A stretch of 25,199 bases of DNA from a virus (taxonomy: Duplodnaviria; Caudoviricetes). The stretch lies in the IMG/VR virus record IMGVR_UViG_3300013767_000194, positions 1 to 25,199 of that record. One strand, written 5' to 3'. Below, in pieces: positions 1-8,203 of the stretch; positions within the stretch are counted from its first letter, which is position 1; each line of letters starts with the position of its first letter. The notes under the pieces were generated by a model. The model was not told where the DNA came from. It saw nothing but the letters and a program-made list of their open reading frames with translations, and searched no databases. A program made the translations under genes and the position numbers.

Positions 1-627
1 CTTGTCCAAAAGAGCAGCAGCCTTCGCCCCTACTCGGGGGTGCTTGGTTACAACGCAATTCGGCATAACTTCCTTGCTGCGTTGAGCGACGACGAAGTGA
101 AAGCGATCGTCCTGTCGGTCGACTCGCCGGGCGGTGAGGTTGCTGGGTGCTTTGATCTTGCCGACCTGATCTATGAGTCGCGCAGCATCAAGCCGACGCT
201 GGCGATCCTCAACGAGTGCGCATATAGCGCAGCCTACGCGCTGGCCAGCGCATGCGAGCAGATCACTGTGCCGCGTACTGGCGGAACCGGTTCCGTCGGC
301 GTCATCTGCATGCACCTTGACCAGAGCAAGGCGATCGACAAGGCCGGACTGGCTGTGACGATCATCAAGTATGGCGATCGCAAGGCCGACGGAAACCAGT
401 TCTCCCCGCTGTCAAAGGAAGCGCTGGAACGATTCCAGGCTGACGTGGACCAGATGGGCGAACTATTCGTGTCGACCGTCGCCCGCAACCGCAATTTGCC
501 CTTCGATGTCGTACGCGACACGCAGGCCACAACGTTTCTCGGCGCCGCTGGCGTCGAGATCGGCTTCGCTGACGCCGTGATGGCGCCAGATGAGGCGTTT
601 CGATCCCTGCTCGCTGAGCTGGGCTGA
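1..627 (+). CDS. S49-family prohead protease (lambda gpC-like), 5' end outside the window
   Basis: Frame is open from base 1 (LVQKSSSLRPYSGVLGYN...). Motifs DSPGGEVAG, AYSAAYALAS, GSVGV; lies upstream of the decoration and capsid genes. Confidence 0.93.
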   Translation, partial: LVQKSSSLRPYSGVLGYNAIRHNFLAALSDDEVKAIVLSVDSPGGEVAGCFDLADLIYESRSIKPTLAILNECAYSAAYALASACEQITVPRTGGTGSVGVICMHLDQSKAIDKAGLAVTIIKYGDRKADGNQFSPLSKEALERFQADVDQMGELFVSTVARNRNLPFDVVRDTQATTFLGAAGVEIGFADAVMAPDEAFRSLLAELG

Positions 628-655
628 CATTTCCCAACCCCACGAGGTTATCAAT

Positions 656-1252
656 ATGAGTATTCGCTCCCTTGCGGCGCGCGGGCTCTCGTTCGCCCAT
701 CTCGCTGGTCTGTCCGCAAAGGCCGCCAAGGCCGAGGACGACGAAGAGAAAAAGGACGCGCGCGCTGAAGACGACAGCGACGAAGAAGAGAAGAAGGACG
801 CCAAGGCGGAGTCGGAAGACGACAAGAAGGATGCCAAGGCCGACGACAGCGACGAGTACGCTGAAGACGACGACGAGAAGGAAAAGGCCGAGGACGACGA
901 GGACAAGAAGGACGCGAAGGCCGAAGACGATGACGACAGCGATGAGGAGATGCGCGGCAAAAGCGCCGTCGCTCGCGCCCGCCGTCGCGAGCAGGCCCGT
1001 TGCGCTGCGATCTTCGCCTCGAAGGCCGCCGCTCGCAATCCGGTTCTCGCTGCCAACCTGGCTTTCAAGACCCGCATGACGCGGGACGAAGCTATCGCCA
1101 CGCTGGAAGGCACGCCGGCGCCCGCTGGTCACTCGGATCGCGGCGCACGCAACCCGAGCATCGGCACCAGCGCCGCCAAGCAATCGCCTCAGCAGGCCAC
1201 GGCGGCGCGCTGGGACGCAAACCTGAAGGCCGCCAACCCTTCCCGCCGCTAA
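656..1252 (+). CDS. Acidic repeat protein, putative capsid scaffold (Nu3-like position)
   Basis: ATG 656 with GAGG at 644-647 is a better start than the track's 590. D/E/K-rich repeats are followed by a basic ARRREQARCAAIF segment; sits between protease and decoration genes. Function is inferred. Confidence 0.7.
   Translation: MSIRSLAARGLSFAHLAGLSAKAAKAEDDEEKKDARAEDDSDEEEKKDAKAESEDDKKDAKADDSDEYAEDDDEKEKAEDDEDKKDAKAEDDDDSDEEMRGKSAVARARRREQARCAAIFASKAAARNPVLAANLAFKTRMTRDEAIATLEGTPAPAGHSDRGARNPSIGTSAAKQSPQQATAARWDANLKAANPSRR
722..950 (+). repeat. Degenerate tandem coding repeat, about six units of (KKD)AKAEDDxxE
   Basis: Recurring aagaaggacgc(c/g)aaggc and gaagacgac strings, visible in DNA and protein. 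Confidence 0.85.
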
Positions 1253-1279
1253 ACACCTTCGTTCGAAAGGAATTGAACC

Positions 1280-2209
1280 ATGGGTAACCCCACCTACACG
1301 CCGTTTCAGGAGACTTTCCACAACGGCGGCTTTCTCGTCTCGCAGGCCAACGGCCACCAGTCCATCGATCAGGGCACGCTGACCGGCGGCGTCAAGGTTC
1401 TGGCCGGCACCGTGCTCGGCACCGTTCTGTCGGCATTGACCGCCGCTGCAGCAGCTCTCGGCACGAACACCGGTAACGGCACGTTCGGCACGATCACCCC
1501 GCAGGCCGCGCCCGCGACGATGATCGGTGTCTACAGCATTCTGTTCACCGCTGCGACGGCCTTCACGGTCACCGCTCCGGACGGCCAGACCTCCACCGGC
1601 TCGACTGGCGTCGCCTTCAGCGCGCTCGGCGTGGGCTTCACGATCACCGCGGGCGGCACGCCGTTCGCCGTGAACGACTCATTCACCCTGACCACCACCG
1701 CGGCCCCTGGCAACCCGTCGATCGTCTCGGCAGCCGGCACCAACACCGGCAACGGTACGCTGGGCTCGCTGACTGCCACCGGCTACGCCGCCAAGGCTGG
1801 CGTCTACGCCGTTGAGTTCGACGATGCGACGCACTTCATCGTTTCCGATCCGACCGGTGCTGAAGTAGGCCACGGCACGACCGGCGTCGCCTTCAAGGCT
1901 GGCGGCCTGTCGTTCACGATCACCGCTGGCGGTACGGCGTTCGTTGCTGGCGACAGCTTCGCGGTCACCGTGGCTGCTGGCTCGGGCAAGTACAAGCCAT
2001 TCGATCCGGCCAACGTGGACGGCTCGCAGATTCCCAGCGGCATTCTGTTCGCCACCAAGGACGTCACGACCGTCGACAAGCCCTGCGCCGTGGTGGTCCG
2101 CCAGTGCGAGGTGAACGCCTCCGAACTGGTGTGGCCGACTGGCATGAGCGCAGCCGCCATCACTGCCGCCCTCGCGCAATTGAAGGCTATCGGGATCCAG
2201 CCGCGGTAA
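1280..2209 (+). CDS. Head decoration protein (lambda gpD-like) with two inserted beta-rich domains
   Basis: N-terminal S-x-ANG-x-x-S...AGTVLG and C-terminal GKYKPFDP...DGSQ...GIL...EVN..EL.WP match the decoration-protein pattern. SD AAGGA; directly before the capsid gene. Confidence 0.85.
   Translation: MGNPTYTPFQETFHNGGFLVSQANGHQSIDQGTLTGGVKVLAGTVLGTVLSALTAAAAALGTNTGNGTFGTITPQAAPATMIGVYSILFTAATAFTVTAPDGQTSTGSTGVAFSALGVGFTITAGGTPFAVNDSFTLTTTAAPGNPSIVSAAGTNTGNGTLGSLTATGYAAKAGVYAVEFDDATHFIVSDPTGAEVGHGTTGVAFKAGGLSFTITAGGTAFVAGDSFAVTVAAGSGKYKPFDPANVDGSQIPSGILFATKDVTTVDKPCAVVVRQCEVNASELVWPTGMSAAAITAALAQLKAIGIQPR
1460..1969 (+). repeat. Internal tandem duplication, period 276 nt (92 aa)
   Basis: GTNTGNGT starts at 1460 and 1736; DSF starts at 1676 and 1952. 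Shared GVY, TGVAF and FTITAGGT motifs. Confidence 0.92.
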
Positions 2210-2230
2210 CGCGAAACTGATCTGACCAAC

Positions 2231-2258
2231 AAGCCGCCTCCGGGCGGCTTCTTCTTTT
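2231..2258 (+). terminator. Intrinsic terminator-like hairpin
   Basis: AAGCCGCC-TCCG-GGCGGCTT followed by CTTCTTTT. Confidence 0.75.
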
Positions 2259-2269
2259 CCGCAATCAAT

Positions 2270-2301
2270 AGGCCGTCAGCAATGGGCGGCTTTTCTTTTT
2301 T
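2270..2301 (+). terminator. Second terminator-like hairpin, just before the capsid RBS
   Basis: AGGCCGTC-AGCAATG-GGCGGCTT (two G-U pairs) followed by TTCTTTTTT. Confidence 0.7.
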
Positions 2302-2316
2302 CCAGAGGAATAAGCC

Positions 2317-3381
2317 ATGGCTGGCGAAATCATTGACATCTTCAATAGCGACGCGTTCTCGGCGCTGACTCTGACGCAGGGCGTTCAGCGCAACCCGTAC
2401 CAACCGGGTGCGCTGGGTCGTCTGAACATCTTCGATCCGAACCCGATCCGCACGACCGCCGTCTCGGTGGAAGAGCGCACCGGTACTCTGAAGCTGATCG
2501 GCTTCAGCGAGCGTGGCACCGAAGGCACCCAGCGCACCACCGAGAAGCGCAAGATGCGCTACTTCGACGTGCCGCGCCTGATGCACGACGACACGATCCA
2601 CACCTACGAAATCCAGAACATCCGCGAGTTCCCGGAAGGCCCGACCGGCCAGATCGTGACCGTGCCGATGCAGCTGGAGCGTGAAGTTGCCCGCCGCCTG
2701 GCTGGTCCGACCGGTCTGCTGGCCAGCGTCGAGTACACCAAGGAATATCTGCGCCTCGCCGCAGTGCAAGGTCTGGTGCTCAACCCGGCCGACGGCTCCG
2801 TCCTGTACAACTGGTTCGACGAATTCCAGATCACGCAAGCCACTGAAACGGGCTTCAACCTGGCCGCCGGTACCGCCAACAGCCTGCGCCCGATCATCAA
2901 CGGCATCAAGCGTCAGATGGCACGCAAGGCGCAGGGCGCTTTCACGCAGTCGACCCGCATCATGGCGCTGTGCGGAGACCAGTTCTACGACCAGTTCTCC
3001 AACCATCCGGACGTGATCCGCACCTTCCTGAACTGGGAAGGCGCGCGCGACATCCGCGATGACGCATTCGGCGATGCTTTTGCTTCGTTCGAATTCGACG
3101 GCATCACCTGGGTGAACTACCGCGGCTCGGACGACAACTCGACCGTCAAGATCGCCGACGACAAGGTCAAGTTCTTCCCGGTGAATGCTCCCGGCATCTT
3201 CCAGGAAGTCATGGCCCCAGGCGAGTCGGCCGAGTTCATCAATCAGCCAGGCGCCCCGGTCTACGTGCTGCCGATCGTCGACCGCGATCGCCGCATGTGG
3301 TGGAAGATGGAATGTTATTCGTACCCACTTTATTTGTGCACCAGGCCGGAGGTTCTCCTCTCCGGTCGCGCCGGCGCATAA
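2317..3381 (+). CDS. Major capsid protein, lambda gpE family
   Basis: 354 aa. DIFNSDAFS...LT start, EYLRL.AVQG, and terminal S.PL.LCTRPEVL typical of gpE-type capsids. SD GAGGA; strongly biased codons. Confidence 0.93.
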   Translation: MAGEIIDIFNSDAFSALTLTQGVQRNPYQPGALGRLNIFDPNPIRTTAVSVEERTGTLKLIGFSERGTEGTQRTTEKRKMRYFDVPRLMHDDTIHTYEIQNIREFPEGPTGQIVTVPMQLEREVARRLAGPTGLLASVEYTKEYLRLAAVQGLVLNPADGSVLYNWFDEFQITQATETGFNLAAGTANSLRPIINGIKRQMARKAQGAFTQSTRIMALCGDQFYDQFSNHPDVIRTFLNWEGARDIRDDAFGDAFASFEFDGITWVNYRGSDDNSTVKIADDKVKFFPVNAPGIFQEVMAPGESAEFINQPGAPVYVLPIVDRDRRMWWKMECYSYPLYLCTRPEVLLSGRAGA

Positions 3382-3385
3382 CGGG

Positions 3386-4222
3386 ATGTTCACGTATCTC
3401 GTAACCGGCCCTTCTGGCAAGAGGTACGTGGGCATTACCTCTGGCATGATCGAAGATCGGTGGAAGCGTCATGTCATTGATGCGATGGCGCGACGCTCCC
3501 GTAGCGCACTCCACGCGGCTATCCGTCTGTATGGCGCGAATGCATTCACTGTCGAGCAAATCGGCTCCTGCGAAACGTGGGAGCAACTTTGCGAAATGGA
3601 GAAGGCCGCAATCGCGTCATATGGCACGTTTCGTCCGACTGGGTACAACCTCACTCTTGGCGGCGATGGGAAGTCAGGATGTACGCCGTCAGATGAGACG
3701 CGCCAGAAGATGTCTGACGCCCTAAAAGGCCGAGAGGTGAGCGAGGAGCAAAAGGCAAAGGTTTCTGCCTGGCACTCCGCACTGCCTGATGAAGTTCGCG
3801 CAGACCGGGCTAAGAAGATGTCCGAGGCGAATGCCCGCCGCACCCCCGAAGATCGCGCCAGAATCTCCGAAGTCATCTCAGCATCGAAGCGCGGGAAAAA
3901 GCGAGATCCCGAAACGGTTGCGAAGATTGCTGATGCATTACGTGGCAAGCCTCGTTCCGCTGAAGCAATCGCCAAGACTACTGCCAGCAACACCGGCCGT
4001 AAGCACTCTGATGAAATGCGAGCCAGGATGTCCGAGATCGCCAAGGCCAGAAGTCCAGAGGCCATGGCGAACTTTCTCGGCAACCGAAAAGGGGTGAGCC
4101 ACTCGGAAGAGACCCGCGCAAAGATGTCGGAAGCAGCCCAGGCGCGCCGCGAGAAGACCGCAGAAGCAATGCGGGAAATCTGGCGGCAACGCAAGGCAGC
4201 GCAGATCGGGGGCGCCCCATGA
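3386..4222 (+). CDS. Free-standing GIY-YIG homing endonuclease with NUMOD3-type repeats
   Basis: Likely start ATG 3386 (MFTYLVTGPSGKRYVGIT...RWKRH...E...GYN). Repeats SDETRQKMS, HSDEMRARMS, HSEETRAKMS. Codon usage differs from its neighbours. Confidence 0.9.
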   Translation: MFTYLVTGPSGKRYVGITSGMIEDRWKRHVIDAMARRSRSALHAAIRLYGANAFTVEQIGSCETWEQLCEMEKAAIASYGTFRPTGYNLTLGGDGKSGCTPSDETRQKMSDALKGREVSEEQKAKVSAWHSALPDEVRADRAKKMSEANARRTPEDRARISEVISASKRGKKRDPETVAKIADALRGKPRSAEAIAKTTASNTGRKHSDEMRARMSEIAKARSPEAMANFLGNRKGVSHSEETRAKMSEAAQARREKTAEAMREIWRQRKAAQIGGAP

Positions 4223-4548
4223 TCAATTGGAGCGCTACCGTATTGGCCCCGCTAATGGCAGTCTTTGGCGAGGCGGTGACGTATATGCCGGCCGCCGGAG
4301 GCTCCTACGCAATCAATGGCGTGTTCGACGACGCTTACCTCAAGGAGGTGATGTTCGAGGATGCGTCGCAGGGCGTGACGGAAGTCAGCGCGGTGCTCGG
4401 CGTCCAACTGTCCCAGTTCACCACGGCTCCAGTTCAGAACGATCAACTATCCGTGGCGAGCGTCAACTCGACTTATGTCGTGCGCGATGTTCGCCGGGAT
4501 AGTCATGGCGGCGCAAAGTTGATGCTGTCGAGGGTGAGCAGTCCATGA
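4219..4548 (+). CDS. Head-tail joining protein (lambda gpFII-like)
   Basis: 109 aa with FGE.VTY.P and Y.V.DV..D..G...L.L pattern. Position after the capsid gene; ATGA overlap. Confidence 0.75.
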   Translation: MINWSATVLAPLMAVFGEAVTYMPAAGGSYAINGVFDDAYLKEVMFEDASQGVTEVSAVLGVQLSQFTTAPVQNDQLSVASVNSTYVVRDVRRDSHGGAKLMLSRVSSP

Positions 4549-5189
4549 CGACATCCGCTGATATTCGCGCGCTATTCGTGGCGGCGCTCAAAGGCGCGAC
4601 GGACGCAGGGCTGGCGGTCTACTCGCCGTTTGACTGGCCGACGTCGCCCTCTGCGTATCCGCTGATACTCGTCCACACGCGGAAAGAGCGCAAGGTATCG
4701 CTCGGCCCTAACGCGCCGGAGTTCGATGTCTACACGACGGTCGAGATCCTGGCGCGTACGAAGTCTGCCGCGCAGGTAGGCGACGCCGGGTCTGCTGTTG
4801 CTCTGGCCGCTGCTGAGGCTCTGAAGCTTCAGATTGAGACGGCGCTGATCAATAACCCTGCGATATGGGCTGATCCGGCCGGTGGCCAGCGCATAGAACA
4901 GTTCACCTCGGTAGATTCGGAGATCAATACGCACTCCGAAGGCGATATGCCGATGGCCGAACTGGCCATGTCGATCGAAGTGAAGTTCTACCAGGGACCG
5001 GAGTTCTTCTATCCGATCCCGGCCGACCCGCTGCAGACCGTGAACATCAATGTCGATATGGCAGGTCCGTTCGACCCGAATGGCACGTATTCGAATCCGC
5101 CTTTCCCATCCGCTGTAACTCCCGCACCTCGCACCTCGGGGCCAGACGGCCGCAATGAGGGTGCTTTGACAATCAATCTGCCGCAGTGA
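4545..5189 (+). CDS. Neck / tail-terminator protein (putative)
   Basis: Lies between the head-tail joining gene and the sheath module; ATGA overlap. Pattern IR..FV.AL...T.AG..VY...DWP....YP.ILV. Confidence 0.65.
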   Translation: MTTSADIRALFVAALKGATDAGLAVYSPFDWPTSPSAYPLILVHTRKERKVSLGPNAPEFDVYTTVEILARTKSAAQVGDAGSAVALAAAEALKLQIETALINNPAIWADPAGGQRIEQFTSVDSEINTHSEGDMPMAELAMSIEVKFYQGPEFFYPIPADPLQTVNINVDMAGPFDPNGTYSNPPFPSAVTPAPRTSGPDGRNEGALTINLPQ

Positions 5190-5815
5190 TCGACATGAGT
5201 GGTGAGATTCACGCGATGCCCACATCTAGGGCTGATGCGTTGCGCCTTGGTGTGAAGGCTTACTGGACTGGCAGGCCGTGCGTGAGAGGACATCTCGCAC
5301 GGCGGTACGCGTCGTCAGGAACATGTGCTGGATGTGTTTCTGACGCATATCAAGCGTGGGCCACCAAGAACCCCGAAAAGCTTAAGGAAAAGGATCGTAG
5401 GCGATATGACGAAGATCCCGAAAAGCAGCGCGCTAGGGTGCGAGATTGGTACGCGAGAAACGCAGAGGCAAGAAGAGAAAAGTCGCGACAAAACCCGGAA
5501 ATAGGTGCAGCAAGGGCGAGAGCTTGGCGCAAGAAAAATCCAGCGCGAGCGCGAGCCAACTTTGCGGCATATCGCGCGGCAGTTCTAATGGCAACGCCAA
5601 AATGGGCTGATGTTGGACTAATCGAAAAGGTCTATCAAGAAGCCGTCGAGCGCACGAATGAAACGGGGGTTAGATATGAGGTTGATCACATTGTCCCTTT
5701 GCGCGGCAGGACCGTGTGTGGACTTCACGTCCACTACAACCTCCAAATCCTCACTAGAAGCGAAAACGCCAGTAAGGGTAATCGTCTCCACGAATCTCTA
5801 TTAGCCCCTGCTTAA
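5186..5815 (+). CDS. Free-standing HNH endonuclease with N-terminal Cys/His finger
   Basis: EVDHIVPL...CGLHVHYNLQIL...N..KGN, and N-terminal TGRPC..GH...R......C..C. A/T-richer than its flanks. Start uncertain (GTG 5186, ATG 5195 or ATG 5216). Confidence 0.9.
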   Translation: MIDMSGEIHAMPTSRADALRLGVKAYWTGRPCVRGHLARRYASSGTCAGCVSDAYQAWATKNPEKLKEKDRRRYDEDPEKQRARVRDWYARNAEARREKSRQNPEIGAARARAWRKKNPARARANFAAYRAAVLMATPKWADVGLIEKVYQEAVERTNETGVRYEVDHIVPLRGRTVCGLHVHYNLQILTRSENASKGNRLHESLLAPA

Positions 5816-5830
5816 TAAGGAGCACACCCC

Positions 5831-6013
5831 ATGAAGGTCTACCCGAGCCCCGGGCTCTCCGTGCGAGACCCGGTCACGATGAATTTGCTCGACGAAAACG
5901 GTCTGGAAGTCGCTGAAGGCGATCTCCATTGGGATCGGATGCTGCGCGACAAGGACGTCGTCAAGACGCCGCCGACCAAGGCAAAGCCCGAAAATGGGGG
6001 TGACAAGCAATGA
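5831..6013 (+). CDS. Small pre-sheath protein (DUF2635 / Mu gp38-like)
   Basis: 60 aa, V.P.PG..VRDP...LL...G.EV.....W.R.L.D.DV. SD AAGGAG; overlaps the sheath start. Confidence 0.85.
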   Translation: MKVYPSPGLSVRDPVTMNLLDENGLEVAEGDLHWDRMLRDKDVVKTPPTKAKPENGGDKQ

Positions 6014-7491
6014 CGATTCCGTTCAAGCAGGTTCCGTCGAATATCCGCGTTCCGCTCTTCTACGCCGAAGTCGACAACTCGCAGGCCAACACGGCGACCG
6101 CCAACCAGCGCGCGCTGATCATCGGCCAGATCACCTCTGCGGGCACCGCGACTCCCAACGTGCCGATCATCTCGCAAGGCATCGCTGATGCGAAGCTGCA
6201 GGGCGGTCAGGGTTCGATGCTCGCGCAGATGACCTACACCTATCGCCAGAACGACAACTTTGGCGAAGTGTGGTATCTGCCGCTGCAGGATGACGCGGCA
6301 TCTGTCGCCGCCACCGGCACGATTGCATTTACGGCGGCCGCCACGGCGAACGGCACGCTGTCACTATATATCGGCGGCATGCTCGTGACGACCGTAATCA
6401 CGTCGGGCATGACCACGGCTCAGATCGCAACGGCTGTTGCCGCAGCGATCAACGCGATCAATGACCTGGCGGTTACGGCGACGGCAACCACGACGACCGT
6501 GACCATCACGGCCAAAAACAAGGGGCTTGCCGGCAACGACATCGACATCCGCGTGAACTATCGCGGCGTGCCGGGCGGGGAGGTGACGCCGACTGGTCTG
6601 ACGTTCACCATCACGCCGATGGCAAGCGGCGCGACCAACCCGAGTTTGACGACCGGCCTAGCCAACCTGCAGAGCATGCCGTTCGACTTCATCGTGTGCC
6701 CGTACACCGACACGACGTCGCTGGCCGCGCTGCAGGCTTTCCTGAACGACACCACCGGCCGCTGGTCGTGGAGTACGCAGGTATATGGCCACTGCTTCTT
6801 CGCCTACCGCGGCACGTCGGCGGCGCTGACCACGTTCGGCCTGACGCGGAACAACCAGCACGAGTCGTGCATGGGCTTCTATGACTCGCCGACACCGGTA
6901 TGGAAGTGGGCGGCCGCCTTCGCCGCTGCATCGGCCGTGAGTCTGCGCGCTGATCCAGGCGTGCCGCTTCAGACGGTTGTGCTGTCCGACGTCATGGCGC
7001 CTCCGCTGGCCTCGCAGTTCTCGCTGTCGCAGCGCAATACCAACCTGTACGACGGAATCGCGACGTTCACGGTCGGTACCGACGGCACGGTGCGCATCGA
7101 AAACGCGATCACGACGTATCAGCTCAACGCGTTCGGTCAGCCGGATAACTCGTATCTCGAGGTCGAGACGATGTTCCTGCTGACCTACGTGTTGCGCAAC
7201 ATGGCAACGCTGGTCACGTCGAAGTATGCGCGTGTGAAGTTGGCTGCGGACGGAACGCGGTTCGCGCCGGGATCGGCCATCGTGACGCCGAGCGTCATCA
7301 GGGCTGATCTGATCGCCGCGTATCAGACGTTGGAATACAACGGGTACGTCCAGAACAGCCAGGCGTTCGCGCAAGGGATCATCGTTCAGAAGAACGCACA
7401 GAACCCGAACCGCGTGGATGTCCTGTGGCCGGGCACGCTGATCAATCAGCTCCGCATCTTCGCCCTGTTGGCCCAGTTCCGGCTGAGCTGA
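6010..7491 (+). CDS. Contractile tail sheath protein (Mu gpL-like)
   Basis: I.F..VP.NIRVPLFYAEVDNS start and NPNRVDVLWP..LINQLRIFA...QFRL end. Confidence 0.96.
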   Translation: MTIPFKQVPSNIRVPLFYAEVDNSQANTATANQRALIIGQITSAGTATPNVPIISQGIADAKLQGGQGSMLAQMTYTYRQNDNFGEVWYLPLQDDAASVAATGTIAFTAAATANGTLSLYIGGMLVTTVITSGMTTAQIATAVAAAINAINDLAVTATATTTTVTITAKNKGLAGNDIDIRVNYRGVPGGEVTPTGLTFTITPMASGATNPSLTTGLANLQSMPFDFIVCPYTDTTSLAALQAFLNDTTGRWSWSTQVYGHCFFAYRGTSAALTTFGLTRNNQHESCMGFYDSPTPVWKWAAAFAAASAVSLRADPGVPLQTVVLSDVMAPPLASQFSLSQRNTNLYDGIATFTVGTDGTVRIENAITTYQLNAFGQPDNSYLEVETMFLLTYVLRNMATLVTSKYARVKLAADGTRFAPGSAIVTPSVIRADLIAAYQTLEYNGYVQNSQAFAQGIIVQKNAQNPNRVDVLWPGTLINQLRIFALLAQFRLS

Positions 7492-7509
7492 TCCCGAGTC
7501 AAACCGCAT

Positions 7510-7537
7510 AAGCCGCCTACGGGCGGCTTTTTCATTT
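7510..7537 (+). terminator. Terminator-like hairpin between sheath and tube genes
   Basis: AAGCCGCC-TACG-GGCGGCTT-TTTCATTT; 19 of 20 nt identical to the 2231-2250 hairpin. Confidence 0.8.
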
Positions 7538-7548
7538 GGAGAGCCTAA

Positions 7549-7917
7549 ATGGCGGATACCACCAACCGTTTGGCCGGGATTGCATTCATTTCGGTAGACG
7601 GCCAGAACTACATGCTGCAGGCCGATCTGACCTATCGCGTGTCGACGATCGAGCGCGAGTCGCTGATCGGTCAGGACACGGTCCACGGCTACAGCGAGAA
7701 GCCGTCGACCGGGATGATCTCGGCGACGCTGCGCGATGCAAAGAACCTGAGCGTTTCCGCGATCAACTCGATGACCAACTCAACGGTCGTCCTTCAGCTT
7801 GCCAACGGCAAGACCATCATTGGCCGGAACATGTGGACTGTTGACGTGCAGGAAGTGAAGACTGCCGACGCGACGCTCGACGTGAAGTGGGAAGGCCCCT
7901 CGGTTACGGAAGCCTGA
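7549..7917 (+). CDS. Tail tube protein (Mu gpM-like)
   Basis: RLAG.A...VDG, RE.L.G.D.VHGYSEKP, LANGK. SD GGAG; follows the sheath. Confidence 0.93.
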   Translation: MADTTNRLAGIAFISVDGQNYMLQADLTYRVSTIERESLIGQDTVHGYSEKPSTGMISATLRDAKNLSVSAINSMTNSTVVLQLANGKTIIGRNMWTVDVQEVKTADATLDVKWEGPSVTEA

Positions 7918-7918
7918 C

Positions 7919-8203
7919 ATGCAACCTGAAGAAAAGATCCTGAAGCTTCGCAAGCCCGTCACGATCGGCTCCGGTGAAGGCGCAGTTACCTACGACTCGC
8001 TGAACCTACGCGAGCCGACGGCCGGCGAACTCGACAAGGCCATGTCGGCATCGACCAACATCGGCATCGGCATCCTGCTGATCCACCTGGTCGCCGGCGT
8101 CCCGAAGATTGCCGTCGAGAAACTCTGCCAACGTGACTTCACGGAGGCGAACGAGTACCTCGGGGGTTTTACCGACGATGGCCCGACGGATGCGGAAGCG
8201 TAG
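7919..8203 (+). CDS. Tail assembly chaperone (Mu gp41 / P2 gpE-like), short form
   Basis: L.KPV.......L.LREPT.GEL...L...DF..A..YL.GF; lies between tube and tape measure. Confidence 0.9.
   Translation: MQPEEKILKLRKPVTIGSGEGAVTYDSLNLREPTAGELDKAMSASTNIGIGILLIHLVAGVPKIAVEKLCQRDFTEANEYLGGFTDDGPTDAEA

Noticed and set aside
722-950. Periodic sequence as a possible CRISPR array
   Set aside because: Units are degenerate, in-frame coding repeats without unique spacers; no cas genes.
3185-3385. Upstream extension of the GIY-YIG frame overlapping the capsid 3' end (possible capsid-nuclease frameshift fusion)
   Set aside because: No recognisable slippery site, the extension reads as off-frame sequence, and the nuclease motif begins right at ATG 3386.
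1804-3447. 547-aa minus-strand ORF, and similar long antisense ORFs (365-1357, 6658-7686, 13818-14597)
   Set aside because: Shadows of strongly codon-biased GC-rich genes on the + strand; no motifs and no credible starts.
3382-4222. Group I intron or intein around the endonuclease genes
   Set aside because: Flanking genes are complete and abut the nuclease ORFs, leaving no room for a ribozyme core; no intein terminal motifs.
5166-5194. Perfect TTGACA upstream of the HNH gene
   Set aside because: No acceptable -10 hexamer at 16-18 bp spacing.
7536-7844. Alternative + strand ORF overlapping the tail tube gene (also 8247-8723)
   Set aside because: Off-frame overlaps of recognisable genes with no independent SD or motif.
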